NCBI GenBank assembly: GCA_033549025.1
Contig: JAWSUS010000022.1
Span: 1-56,756, forward strand
Length of the DNA stretch: 56,756 bases
Direction of reading: 5' to 3'
From: Desulfuromonadales bacterium
Lineage (GTDB): Bacteria > Desulfobacterota > Desulfuromonadia > Desulfuromonadales > SZUA-540
The position numbers and the translations under genes are program-made. Positions 19,001-26,686 of this stretch are shown one piece after another; within the stretch, counting starts at the first letter, position 1, and every line of letters starts with the position of its first letter. The notes under the pieces are model-generated. The model ran no database searches. It had not been told where the DNA came from and saw only the letters and a list, made by a program, of their open reading frames with translations.

Positions 19001-20512
19001 CTCCAGGCCTCGCCGCTGCGGACGTTGCCCGCCGAGCAGGCGGGAGGCCACCAGGGGGATGACGGTCAGGGAGACGAGCAGCGAGGTGACCAGAGTGGCG
19101 ATAATGATGATATTCAAGGGGGCCATCACCCGGCCCGTGTAGCCCTGGGTAAAGATTACCGGCACCAGCACCACCACCGTGGTCAGCATGCCGGCGGTGA
19201 CGGCCAGGGAGACCTGGCGCGTTCCCTCCAGCGCCGCCTGGGCGGGATCTTCGCCCGCCAGGTCGTGATGACGGCGATAGATGTTCTCCAGCACCACCAC
19301 CGAGGCATCGACAACCATGCCAACGGCGATGATCAGCGCCGACAGGGTCACCATGTTCAGCGTGTAGGGGCTGAACCACAACACCACCAGCGCCCCCAGA
19401 AAGGAGAGGGGAATGGAGACGCTTACTGTCGCGGCGGCACGCAGGTTGCCGAGGAAGAAAAAGATGACCAGCACCGTGAGGATGACGGCCTGCACCAGTG
19501 AGGAGCGCATGCCGCTGACGTTGAGATCGATGAGCGGCTGCTGGTCGTCGGTTATCTCGAAGAGCAGGTCGGGATAGCGGGCCTCGAGGCCCGGCAGGGC
19601 AGCTTTAAGATTTTTGATCGCCTTGACCGTCTCCCCCTTTTCCGGGCGCAGCAGATTCAGGGCGATAGCGGCCTTGCCGTTGCCATGGTAGAGGCTGCGC
19701 GCATCGGCCGTTTCCAGCCGAACCTCGGCGACATCGCGCAGATAGACGGTCTGGCCCTGGGCGCTGCGCAGCGGCAGGTTCTGCAAGGCCGCCGCCGAGG
19801 CAAATTCGCCGGCGACGTTGACCAGGTATTCCCGGCGATCGCCGTAGAGGATGCCGGCCGGCGCCGAGACGTTCTGCCCCGCCAGGGCCGCCATCACCGT
19901 TTCCAGGCCGAGGCCGTGGGCACGCAGGGCCTCCCGGTCAAGGCGCACCGACACCTCGGCCCGGTGGCCGCCAAAGACCTGCACATCGCCGATGCCGTCA
20001 AGGCGCAGCAGGCTGTCCTTGAGATCGTTTTCGGCCAGCAGGCGGACATCCGCCAGCGTCTTCAGACTGTCCGGCCGGGGGGAGAGGGCCAGGGTCAACA
20101 GAGGGCGGTTGGAATCGGTAATGCGAAAGAGACGGGGCTGGGCCGCGCCGGCCGGCAGGCTCCCCTGCACGCGGGCGACGGCATTCTGCACATCGGTGAC
20201 CGCCTCGCCGATAGGTTTGTCGTAGGCGAACTCCACGTTGATGGAGGAGACCTCATCGCGGGAGGTGGAACTGACTCGGGTGACGCCCGAAAGGGTGTGC
20301 AGCTCCTTTTCCAGCACCTGGGTCACCTGGTCGGCCATGTCACGCGCCACCGCCCCCGGCTTCACCGTGACCACCGCCACCTGCGGCGGCACCGTGTCGG
20401 GAAAGAGATCCGTCGGCGTTTTCCAGAAGGCGAAACCGCCGAGAGCGAAGACGACCATCGCCAGCGCCGCCACCAGGTGCGGCTGCTTCAGCGCGAAACG
20501 GGGCAGACTCAT
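16070..20512 (-). CDS. RND efflux permease (AcrB/AcrD/AcrF family) fused to C-terminal TolC-like outer membrane factor, 1480 aa
   Basis: First ~1030 aa RND (SIPLSF, VGMVVDASVVVLEN, RLRPIFMT); last ~420 aa OMF-like (LSLTEAVAYGLEHSP, DYLPEL, VPLLDGG, EVLDAEAAL); ATG overlaps MFP stop (ATGA). Confidence 0.88.
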   Translation of the reverse strand: MSLPRFALKQPHLVAALAMVVFALGGFAFWKTPTDLFPDTVPPQVAVVTVKPGAVARDMADQVTQVLEKELHTLSGVTRVSSTSRDEVSSINVEFAYDKPIGEAVTDVQNAVARVQGSLPAGAAQPRLFRITDSNRPLLTLALSPRPDSLKTLADVRLLAENDLKDSLLRLDGIGDVQVFGGHRAEVSVRLDREALRAHGLGLETVMAALAGQNVSAPAGILYGDRREYLVNVAGEFASAAALQNLPLRSAQGQTVYLRDVAEVRLETADARSLYHGNGKAAIALNLLRPEKGETVKAIKNLKAALPGLEARYPDLLFEITDDQQPLIDLNVSGMRSSLVQAVILTVLVIFFFLGNLRAAATVSVSIPLSFLGALVVLWFSPYTLNMVTLSALIIAVGMVVDASVVVLENIYRRHHDLAGEDPAQAALEGTRQVSLAVTAGMLTTVVVLVPVIFTQGYTGRVMAPLNIIIIATLVTSLLVSLTVIPLVASRLLGGQRPQRRGLERLANPVEKGLDRLSDFYVGLVGLVLRRRLLFVILALVFLVFTMRVVRPLLGGEQMPPMDTGIALVEFDTDASASPRQVEEVLSRVEALLGQSPEVKSISAVVGSEPQAVSFGGGGTTTQSAKLTIHLIYRTEREADIWQIQERWRQGLRRLEGVRTFRVSEYGATPVATTKAPFNLVITGPELPMLDSLADEALQRLRGLPGLTDLRRSWYRDKVQQTVAVDAELARLYGTSAGGVAESLRQAVQGMAGSELRLQGYLDIPIRLRYQQSQIDDPEALLQVDIPTAQGPIKLGTLAQVRSEVQPPFITRENLSPTIDLTAGNQVLTIAQVTSLAAQRLRDMPLPAGYALEIAGTARDMGQSQGEMGRALLIGLVLLFILLFAMFRSFLPPLAIVLSIPLAVAGAVWGLLLFDKPFCMPALMGIILLGGTIVNNAILMLDFILEARREGMSRDEAIIASVRLRLRPIFMTATSTVIGFSPLIFEMAVGLERMSPLGIAAASGLLVGTVVTMVYLPLVYVLLDDAQEKLRTLGRAARKPALTLLLFGALLSPQVDPASAAELPSPLSLTEAVAYGLEHSPVLVQAAAEVERGLGLVRSAGAPRGVQLRLEGSAAWSQERHNMAPGLAPQNQGFAHRVYQATASADLLLADFGATRARLKAARAQQEGVRHQAARARDEVAFQISQQFLQVLSLRDIRLATLASLDSLSALDRAAEQLWRQGRTARVDKLKVEVRLAEVESQLAEVEAALVEAEYALLAVLGCEGELPPLTDVDPAAVTQVSAENRDGGSHRDDLAARQAEVESARRQLAGAKRDYLPELRLFASAGYYGADDPLSMAAGVPGDDSQTDATVGVKLTVPLLDGGLRAGKVTQARAEADRARARLREAQLNARRELAVAQAEVASAQARQQAHGKGVVQAREAVRLERLKYEAQKGSVNEVLDAEAALLQASSLLRQAERGLILARLAEELARGRLSLPGE

Positions 20513-21687
20513 GGCCGGACCTCCACGGCTTCCCCGCCCGAGAGACGGTTCCATCCCAGATAGGTGCTGAGCACCACGGTGACCCCTTCATCAAGGCCGC
20601 TTACCGCCGCCAGCCCGCCCTCCGACAGGAGCAGCTGCACCGGACGGGGACGGGTGACGCCCTCCTCGACGACGAAGACCGCTAGTCCCCCTTCCGGCGA
20701 CGGGATCAGGCTCTCTTCCGGCACCAGGATGACATCCGCCGCCCGCTCCACCACGGTGGATACGGGGACATAGGCTCCGGGCCGCCAGGAGGTCACAGCC
20801 GGCAGCTCCGCCTCCATGGTCAGGGTCTGGTCGGGATTGACGGTAGGATAAAAGCGGGAGATGGCCAGAGCCTGTTTCTGCCCGTCTCCTTCGACAATGA
20901 CCTGGCGCTCTTTTTCGACCAGGGGCACATCCTTTTGGGGTATGTCGAAACGTATCTTCAGGCGGCTGTGATCCTCGATTTCCAGCAGGCGCTGGCCCGG
21001 TGCCGCCAGATCGCCGGGATCGACCAGCCGGCGGGCAACAAGGCCATCAAAGGGGCTGCGGATTTCCGTGTAGGCCAGGCGCGCTGCCGCCTCCTGTTGC
21101 TGCTGCCGCTGGGATTCCACCAGGCTGCGGGCCGCCTGCAGCGACTGCAGGGTCGCCTCCAGCTCCCCGCGCACCTGATTCAGGCGGTCGGCCGTAGCCT
21201 CAGCCTGAGCCGGGGCGATGGCACCTGCCGATGCCAGAGTGCGGTCCCTTTCCTCTTCCTTCTCCCAGAAGGCCAGACTCTGCCGCAGGCTGCTGACCTT
21301 GGCCGCCACCGCCTCGGCCTGGTCACGGGCATTGGCCACCCGGGCAGCCGCGCCCTGCAGCGCCCGGCGCAGCTCCGTGTCGTCGAGGCGCAGCAGTACC
21401 TCGCCCTGCCGAACCTTTTCTCCTTCCCGCGCTTTGACCTCGCCGACCACCGAGGTGATCCGGCTCGAAATGCCGGCACTCTGCCAGGCTTCCACCCGGC
21501 CCAGGTAGGTACGCGTGCGCGTCAGGTCACCCCGCTCGCTTACAGCCGTACGGACGACCGTCGGCTGCAGAGTAGGACGTGGCGCCTCGGCCAGCTCCAT
21601 TTTTTTGCGCGCGACCAGCAACAGGGCCGCGGCCAGCACCAGGAACAGGATAATCATTCCAAAAAGGCGTTTCTTCATCATCTTCAA
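20509..21687 (-). CDS. RND periplasmic adaptor (membrane fusion protein)
   Basis: N-terminal TM anchor, VRQGEVLLRLD, coiled coil, TEIRSPFDGLV; start TTG 21687 or ATG 21681. Confidence 0.9.
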   Translation of the reverse strand: MKMMKKRLFGMIILFLVLAAALLLVARKKMELAEAPRPTLQPTVVRTAVSERGDLTRTRTYLGRVEAWQSAGISSRITSVVGEVKAREGEKVRQGEVLLRLDDTELRRALQGAAARVANARDQAEAVAAKVSSLRQSLAFWEKEEERDRTLASAGAIAPAQAEATADRLNQVRGELEATLQSLQAARSLVESQRQQQQEAAARLAYTEIRSPFDGLVARRLVDPGDLAAPGQRLLEIEDHSRLKIRFDIPQKDVPLVEKERQVIVEGDGQKQALAISRFYPTVNPDQTLTMEAELPAVTSWRPGAYVPVSTVVERAADVILVPEESLIPSPEGGLAVFVVEEGVTRPRPVQLLLSEGGLAAVSGLDEGVTVVLSTYLGWNRLSGGEAVEVRP

Positions 21688-22124
21688 CTCCCTGAATTTT
21701 CCAGGTTATGGCGCACCCGGGTAAGGACCCCGATGGCCTGGGCGATTTCGGCGCTCTCGATCCCCCGACTGGCCTGTTCCAGCACGTCGCGGGCGTAAAA
21801 GGAAATCTCCGCCCACATGGAATGGGCTTTTTCGGTGATGACCAGGCGATTGACCCGGCGGTCCCTGGGGTCGGGCTGACGCTCCACCCAGCCGTCGCGC
21901 TCCATGCGATCGACGAGGCGGGCCGTGGAGGCGGCGGTGATAAAGAGCTTATCACCCAATTCGTTCTGGGAAAGGGGCCCCAGCGCCATCAGGTGGGCGA
22001 GAGCGAGAACATGGACCGGGCTGATGCCGGTGCCCTGCAGACGTTTCTCCAGAGCCTGGCGAAAGGCCTTAAAGGTGAGGGAGCAATGGAAGCCGATGCT
22101 GTCGGCCGGATTAAAGAATGGCAT
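21684..22124 (-). CDS. MarR/SlyA family transcriptional regulator
   Basis: SQNELG, ARLVDRMERDGWVER, DPRDRRVNRLVIT winged-helix motifs; AAGGAG RBS. Confidence 0.92.
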   Translation of the reverse strand: MPFFNPADSIGFHCSLTFKAFRQALEKRLQGTGISPVHVLALAHLMALGPLSQNELGDKLFITAASTARLVDRMERDGWVERQPDPRDRRVNRLVITEKAHSMWAEISFYARDVLEQASRGIESAEIAQAIGVLTRVRHNLENSGS

Positions 22125-22136
22125 GCCTGTCTCCTT

Positions 22137-22180
22137 TAGTTGTCAGGCAAATATTTAGCAGGCTAACTAATGACTGTCAA
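22137..22180 (-). promoter_or_regulatory. Sigma70 promoter with two tandem MarR/SlyA-like operators
   Basis: Minus strand TTGACA-N17-TAAATA; imperfect palindromes TATTTAGCAGGCTAACTA (22152-22169) and TAGTTGTCAGGCAAATA (22137-22153). Confidence 0.7.
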
Positions 22181-22210
22181 GGGGAGGCCGGCATCCGGCC
22201 GGCAACCACC

Positions 22211-23215
22211 TCAATGACCCAGATAGGGAACCAGGGGGATCAGTTGCTGGTAGTGCTGATAGGTCAGCGAAGTACCCCAATGCCCTGTCGCCATGCCGAG
22301 CAGAACGCCGCCGCCATAGAGGGAGAGGGCGAGAACGGGGAAAACCCAGCGGGGGAAGGTCGGGGAGACGGCCGGTGGCGCCATGGCCAGGGCGCGCTCG
22401 GGGCAGGCCTCGACGCAGGTCAGGCAGCCGGTGCACTCGGGACTGCACACCCTCGCCTTCTGCTGCACAGGGAGCCAGGCGGGACAGGCGCGACTGCAGG
22501 CACCACAGTCGGTGCAGCGCTCCGGGGCGCGGCGAATCTTGAAGGGGCTGAGCAGACTGGCCAGACCCATAAGGGCGCCATAGGGGCAGAGGTAGCGGCA
22601 CCAGAAATTCTGGTAGAGGAGTGACAACCCGGTAAGAACGAGGATGACCACCAGGGCCGTCAGGCTCATGCGGGTGAAAAAATGCAGCATCTTCACGTCG
22701 CTCACCGCCCAGTAGGGCGCGTCCATGAAGGCTCCCAGCGCGCGGGCCGGCATATCGAGCAGGATGATCTTGGCGAAGAAGAACAGGAGGAGGTATTTGA
22801 GGGAGCGCAGCAGCGTATCGAGCCAGCGCCAGGGCTTGAAGGTGCGACCGAAAAGACGGCGGCCCAGTTTCCAGGCCCCCTCCGACAGGGTCCCCACCGG
22901 GCAGAGCCAGGAACAGAAAGATTTCTTGGCCAGCAGGCTCATGACCAGAAAGCTCAGAAAAAGGACGAGGGCCGCCGGATGTACGTCATGAACGAAGCCG
23001 TTTGCCAGCCAGTGTTTGAGGCTGACCAGAGCGCCGATGGGCAGAAAGCCTTCCACGCCCGGGGGGCGCGAAACATAGGGGGCGGCGCCGCCTGACTCAA
23101 AGTGGCGCACAAAGAGGCCAAAGCGAATACCGATGGCGATAATCCAGGCCAGAAAGCCCCACTGGACAAGGGCCCGCCAAAAGGCCACTTTTTTCCCTGC
23201 CTCAAACTTGTTCAT
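22211..23215 (-). CDS. yccM: Membrane 4Fe-4S polyferredoxin (YccM/NapH family)
   Basis: RPPGVEGFLPI, FCSWLCPVG, WCRYLCPYG and two CxxCxxCxxxCP motifs; resembles E. coli YccM as recalled. Confidence 0.8.
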   Translation of the reverse strand: MNKFEAGKKVAFWRALVQWGFLAWIIAIGIRFGLFVRHFESGGAAPYVSRPPGVEGFLPIGALVSLKHWLANGFVHDVHPAALVLFLSFLVMSLLAKKSFCSWLCPVGTLSEGAWKLGRRLFGRTFKPWRWLDTLLRSLKYLLLFFFAKIILLDMPARALGAFMDAPYWAVSDVKMLHFFTRMSLTALVVILVLTGLSLLYQNFWCRYLCPYGALMGLASLLSPFKIRRAPERCTDCGACSRACPAWLPVQQKARVCSPECTGCLTCVEACPERALAMAPPAVSPTFPRWVFPVLALSLYGGGVLLGMATGHWGTSLTYQHYQQLIPLVPYLGH

Positions 23216-23280
23216 CCCTGATCTCCTTCATCTTTTGAACGAAAATGAAAAGACGGTAGCCCAGAGATTTCATCACTTCT

Positions 23281-23294
23281 TTGACCTGGGTCAT
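23281..23294. promoter_or_regulatory. CRP/FNR-family (HcpR-like) binding site
   Basis: TTGAC-CTGG-GTCAT, 9/10 match to TTGAC-N4-GTCAA, ~65 bp upstream of the yccM-like start. Confidence 0.55.
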
Positions 23295-23347
23295 TTTTCA
23301 GGGGGCGAAAGCGTCTTTTGCGGGATTGCACAGAGAAACTTCGGGCT

Positions 23348-23779
23348 TTACAGCGGCCACCAGGAAGAGACCCCTACAATGGTCAGGTAGCGCAGTCCCT
23401 TGCCGATGGCCACCAGCAGCAGGAAAAGCCAGACGCGCACCTTCATGACGCCGGCCACCAGGGTCAGAGCGTCCCCCACCACCGGCATCCAGGCCAGCAG
23501 CAATATCCAGAAACCATAGTGCTGAAACCAGCGCTGGCCCTTGTTGATCTGCTCGCCGCTGAAATAGAACCAGCGGCGATGGCGATAGTGCAGGAGCCAG
23601 CGCCCCAGCCCATAGTTGGCAAAGGAGCCCAGGGTATTGCCCAAAGTCGCTGTCGCCAGCAGCGCCAGGGGGGGATAGCCTTCGCGCAGCAGGGCGAAAA
23701 GGATCACCTCGGAGGAAAAGGGCAGAATGGTCGCCGCCAGAAAGGAAGCGGCAAAGAGCATCAGGCAGGACAGGGCCAT
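23348..23779 (-). CDS. YqaA/DedA (VTT domain) membrane protein
   Basis: FLAATILPFSSE, GNTLGS, LLLAWMPVVGDALT, GKGLRY. Confidence 0.88.
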   Translation of the reverse strand: MALSCLMLFAASFLAATILPFSSEVILFALLREGYPPLALLATATLGNTLGSFANYGLGRWLLHYRHRRWFYFSGEQINKGQRWFQHYGFWILLLAWMPVVGDALTLVAGVMKVRVWLFLLLVAIGKGLRYLTIVGVSSWWPL

Positions 23780-23817
23780 GGCATCAGTCGGTCAGGGAGG
23801 AAGATGAAGCAGACATC

Positions 23818-23850
23818 AAAAAAGTACCCCCAGACAACCCAGTCCGGGGG
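23818..23850 (-). terminator. Possible terminator after yqaE-like gene
   Basis: GC-rich imperfect stem followed by U6 on the minus strand. Confidence 0.45.
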
Positions 23851-23873
23851 CGGTAAAAAAACGATTCATCGCC

Positions 23874-24032
23874 CTAGCGTTTGGCGATGATCCAGACAGC
23901 ATGCACGATGCCGGGGATATAGCCGAGCAGCGTCAGCAGGATGTTGAGCCAGAACTGAGGGCCAATGCCCACTTGCAGAAAGACACCAAGGGGAGGCAGC
24001 AGAATAGCGATAAGAATGCGTACAAGATCCAT
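23874..24032 (-). CDS. yqaE: YqaE/Pmp3 family small membrane protein, 52 aa (not in ORF track)
   Basis: Translated by hand: MDLVRILIAILLPPLGVFLQVGIGPQFWLNILLTLLGYIPGIVHAVWIIAKR; AAGGA RBS. Confidence 0.93.
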   Translation of the reverse strand: MDLVRILIAILLPPLGVFLQVGIGPQFWLNILLTLLGYIPGIVHAVWIIAKR

Positions 24033-24088
24033 GAAAAATGTCCTTTCCTTTGTGTGGTTTTGACTGTTTGGGTGCGTCCAAACCGGCC

Positions 24089-24769
24089 TCAGTGCGGCTT
24101 GAGACCTTCTTTCTCCATTAGGTCGACGCCATAATCAATGGCCACGGCGTAGGAGATATTGGTGTTCGTTTCCACCGTATTTCGACCGTCCGTGTACTCC
24201 TTGGAAGCTTCCTGGGGATCGAAGCGGCCGTTGATGATCCCGATGATCAGACCGTCTTCGACGCTCACCAAAGGCCCGCCCCGGTCACCGTGATGGATCA
24301 TGCTGTCGAACAGCAGAATCCGCGTCTGGTTGTTGGAGAGCACCTTGCCACTCACCACGGCGTTCATCGCCACCAGCGTATGAAGGGACTGGTGACCGAA
24401 GGCGTAGCCCAGAGCCATGACGCTGTTGCCGGTCAGGGAGCTCGCCGCCGTCCCTATGAAATGATCGGGCATGCGGATACCGATGTCCTGTTCCATTTTC
24501 AGCAGGGCGAGGTCTCGCTCGAGGCTGCGCCGAACCACCGTAACCGGGATGGAGGTGACGGTCTCCTGGTTGAGAGGAACGAATTCGCTGCCCGAGTCGC
24601 CGGGGACGACGATCAGTTGCCCTTCCTCGGGCAGAATATGCGAAACCGACAGAAGATAGCCCTCCTCATGCACGAGAAAAGCGGTGCCGAGAAACTGGAC
24701 GCTTTCCCCCTGGCGCCGAAACACCATCATGCAGCCGCCGCTGAATTTCTGAAAGACGTTGCCAAGCAT
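24089..24769 (-). CDS. Trypsin-like (S1) protease-fold protein with Arg at the catalytic Ser position
   Basis: GTAFLV, LSVSHIL (His), DLALL (Asp), HGDRGGPL in place of GxSGGP. Confidence 0.8.
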   Translation of the reverse strand: MLGNVFQKFSGGCMMVFRRQGESVQFLGTAFLVHEEGYLLSVSHILPEEGQLIVVPGDSGSEFVPLNQETVTSIPVTVVRRSLERDLALLKMEQDIGIRMPDHFIGTAASSLTGNSVMALGYAFGHQSLHTLVAMNAVVSGKVLSNNQTRILLFDSMIHHGDRGGPLVSVEDGLIIGIINGRFDPQEASKEYTDGRNTVETNTNISYAVAIDYGVDLMEKEGLKPH

Positions 24770-24842
24770 AGACCCCCCGTTTTCTGCTGTCGTATATCAG
24801 GATTATCCTGGTGCGTTCATCGTACATCGGGCCTTTTGTTTT

Positions 24843-26453
24843 CTACCAGAATCGCCGCCGGCCGAAGGTGGGCAATTTGGCCGTCGGCCGGGTCTTGAAC
24901 TCCCGTGTTCGCACCCCTTCGATGGACAGCTCGAATCCCTGGCCTTCCTTGTATTCCGCCAGACCCTTGTGCAGGGCGACGCACATCCCCAGCAGAATCA
25001 CCGAAAAAGGCAGACCGGTGGTGATGGCTGCCGTCTGCAGAGCGACCAGACCGCCGCCAAAGAGGAGTACCGCCGCCACCACGCCTTCAAGGACCGCCCA
25101 GAATATACGCTGGATCAGCGGCGGCTCGGGATTGCCCCCCGCCGTGATGATGTCAATAACCAGGGAGCCCGAATCGGAAGAAGTGACGAAAAAGGTAACC
25201 ACCACGACGATGGCCAGCATGGAGGTCACCGACTGCAGGGGGTAGTGCTCCAGCAGCTTGAACAGGGAGACCGGGACGTTTTCCTGCACCGCCTTGGCGA
25301 TATCGCCGGCCCCGAACATCTCGATATTGATAGCGCTGTTTCCGAAAACCGTGATCCAGACGAAGGTGATGAAGGTGGGAATCAGCAGGACCCCTTTAAT
25401 GAACTCGCCCACCGTGCGGCCGTAGGAAACCCGGGCGATGAACATACCGACAAAAGGCGACCAGGAAATCCACCAGCCCCAGTAGAAAATCGTCCAGGCC
25501 TGCTGCCAGTCGGTGGCCTCGTAGGTCTCGTTCCAGGTGGCCAGCTGCGGCAGGTTCTGCAGATAGAACCCGATATTCTCCATCAGGGCTTTCATGATGA
25601 ACAGGGTCGGCCCCAGCAACAGGACAAAAAGCATCAGGCCAGCGGCAAGGTAGACGTTGATCTCACTGAGCAGCTTGATGCCGCTGTTGATGCCGCGCAC
25701 CACGGACCAGGTGGCTACGGCGGTAATGCAGGCAATGAGTATCATCTGCACCGTAACCGACTGGGGAACGCCGAAAAGATGATTGAGACCGGCGTTGACC
25801 TGCTGAACGCCCAGCCCGAGAGAAGTGGCCACGCCAAACAGGGTCGCCACGGTGGCCATGATATCGATGACATTGCCGATGGGCCCGTAAATCCGCTCCC
25901 CGAACAACGGGTAGAAAACCGAACGGATCGACAGGGGCAGCCCTTTGTTAAAGGCAAAGAATGCCAGGGAAAGACCGACTATGGCGTAGATGGCCCAGGG
26001 ATGAAGGCCCCAGTGGAGAAAGGTCAGGTCCATACCGACCCGGGCCGCCTCGGCCGTCCCCGGTTCCACCAGGGGCGAGGCGATGAAATGGAACATCGGT
26101 TCTGCCACCCCGTAAAAGAGCAGACCGATCCCCATCCCGGCCGAGAACAGCATGGAAAACCAGCCCAGGGTGGTAAACTCGGGAACCGCCTCAGCCCCCC
26201 CGAGGCGAATACCGGAGAAGCGCCCCAACAGCAGAGAGACGACATAGACCAGGATGATGTTCATGGTCCAGACAAAAAACCAGCCGGCATAGGTGCCGAT
26301 CAAGGACTGCAGATTGGCGAAAAAATCGTCGACATTGGCCCCGAAAATCAGGGTCAGGGCGACAAACAGAACGATGAGCCCGGCCGAGGTGAAAAACACC
26401 CACGGGTGGACATCCAGATGAAACCAGCCTTTATCCTCCCCTTTTTCGTCCAT
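24843..26453 (-). CDS. BCCT family (betaine/carnitine/choline) transporter
   Basis: WFSMLFSAGMGIGL, HWGLHPWAIY, WTIFYWGWWISWSPFVGMFIARVS, TSSDSGS. Confidence 0.95.
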   Translation of the reverse strand: MDEKGEDKGWFHLDVHPWVFFTSAGLIVLFVALTLIFGANVDDFFANLQSLIGTYAGWFFVWTMNIILVYVVSLLLGRFSGIRLGGAEAVPEFTTLGWFSMLFSAGMGIGLLFYGVAEPMFHFIASPLVEPGTAEAARVGMDLTFLHWGLHPWAIYAIVGLSLAFFAFNKGLPLSIRSVFYPLFGERIYGPIGNVIDIMATVATLFGVATSLGLGVQQVNAGLNHLFGVPQSVTVQMILIACITAVATWSVVRGINSGIKLLSEINVYLAAGLMLFVLLLGPTLFIMKALMENIGFYLQNLPQLATWNETYEATDWQQAWTIFYWGWWISWSPFVGMFIARVSYGRTVGEFIKGVLLIPTFITFVWITVFGNSAINIEMFGAGDIAKAVQENVPVSLFKLLEHYPLQSVTSMLAIVVVVTFFVTSSDSGSLVIDIITAGGNPEPPLIQRIFWAVLEGVVAAVLLFGGGLVALQTAAITTGLPFSVILLGMCVALHKGLAEYKEGQGFELSIEGVRTREFKTRPTAKLPTFGRRRFW

Positions 26454-26616
26454 GACGGAACCTCCCGACCTCAGATTTATCGCGTTTCATCAGCCCAATT
26501 GTGCCGAGAAAGTCTAACAAAGCTGGTGGGTTTTGCAAGATTTTGAATCTTTTGACCCCTATGGGAGGCCTGACCGAATACCCTCCAGGGGCAGGTCTTT
26601 CCTCTCGGGAAAGGTC

Positions 26617-26656
26617 AAAAAAAGCCCTGGTATCCTTTCAAAAATACCAGGGCTTT
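26617..26656 (-). terminator. Intrinsic terminator after the second RND operon
   Basis: Stem AAAGCCCTGGTAT / ATACCAGGGCTTT with U7 on the minus strand. Confidence 0.8.
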
Positions 26657-26686
26657 GCACAAACTGACGCGATGGGGGCCTATAGG

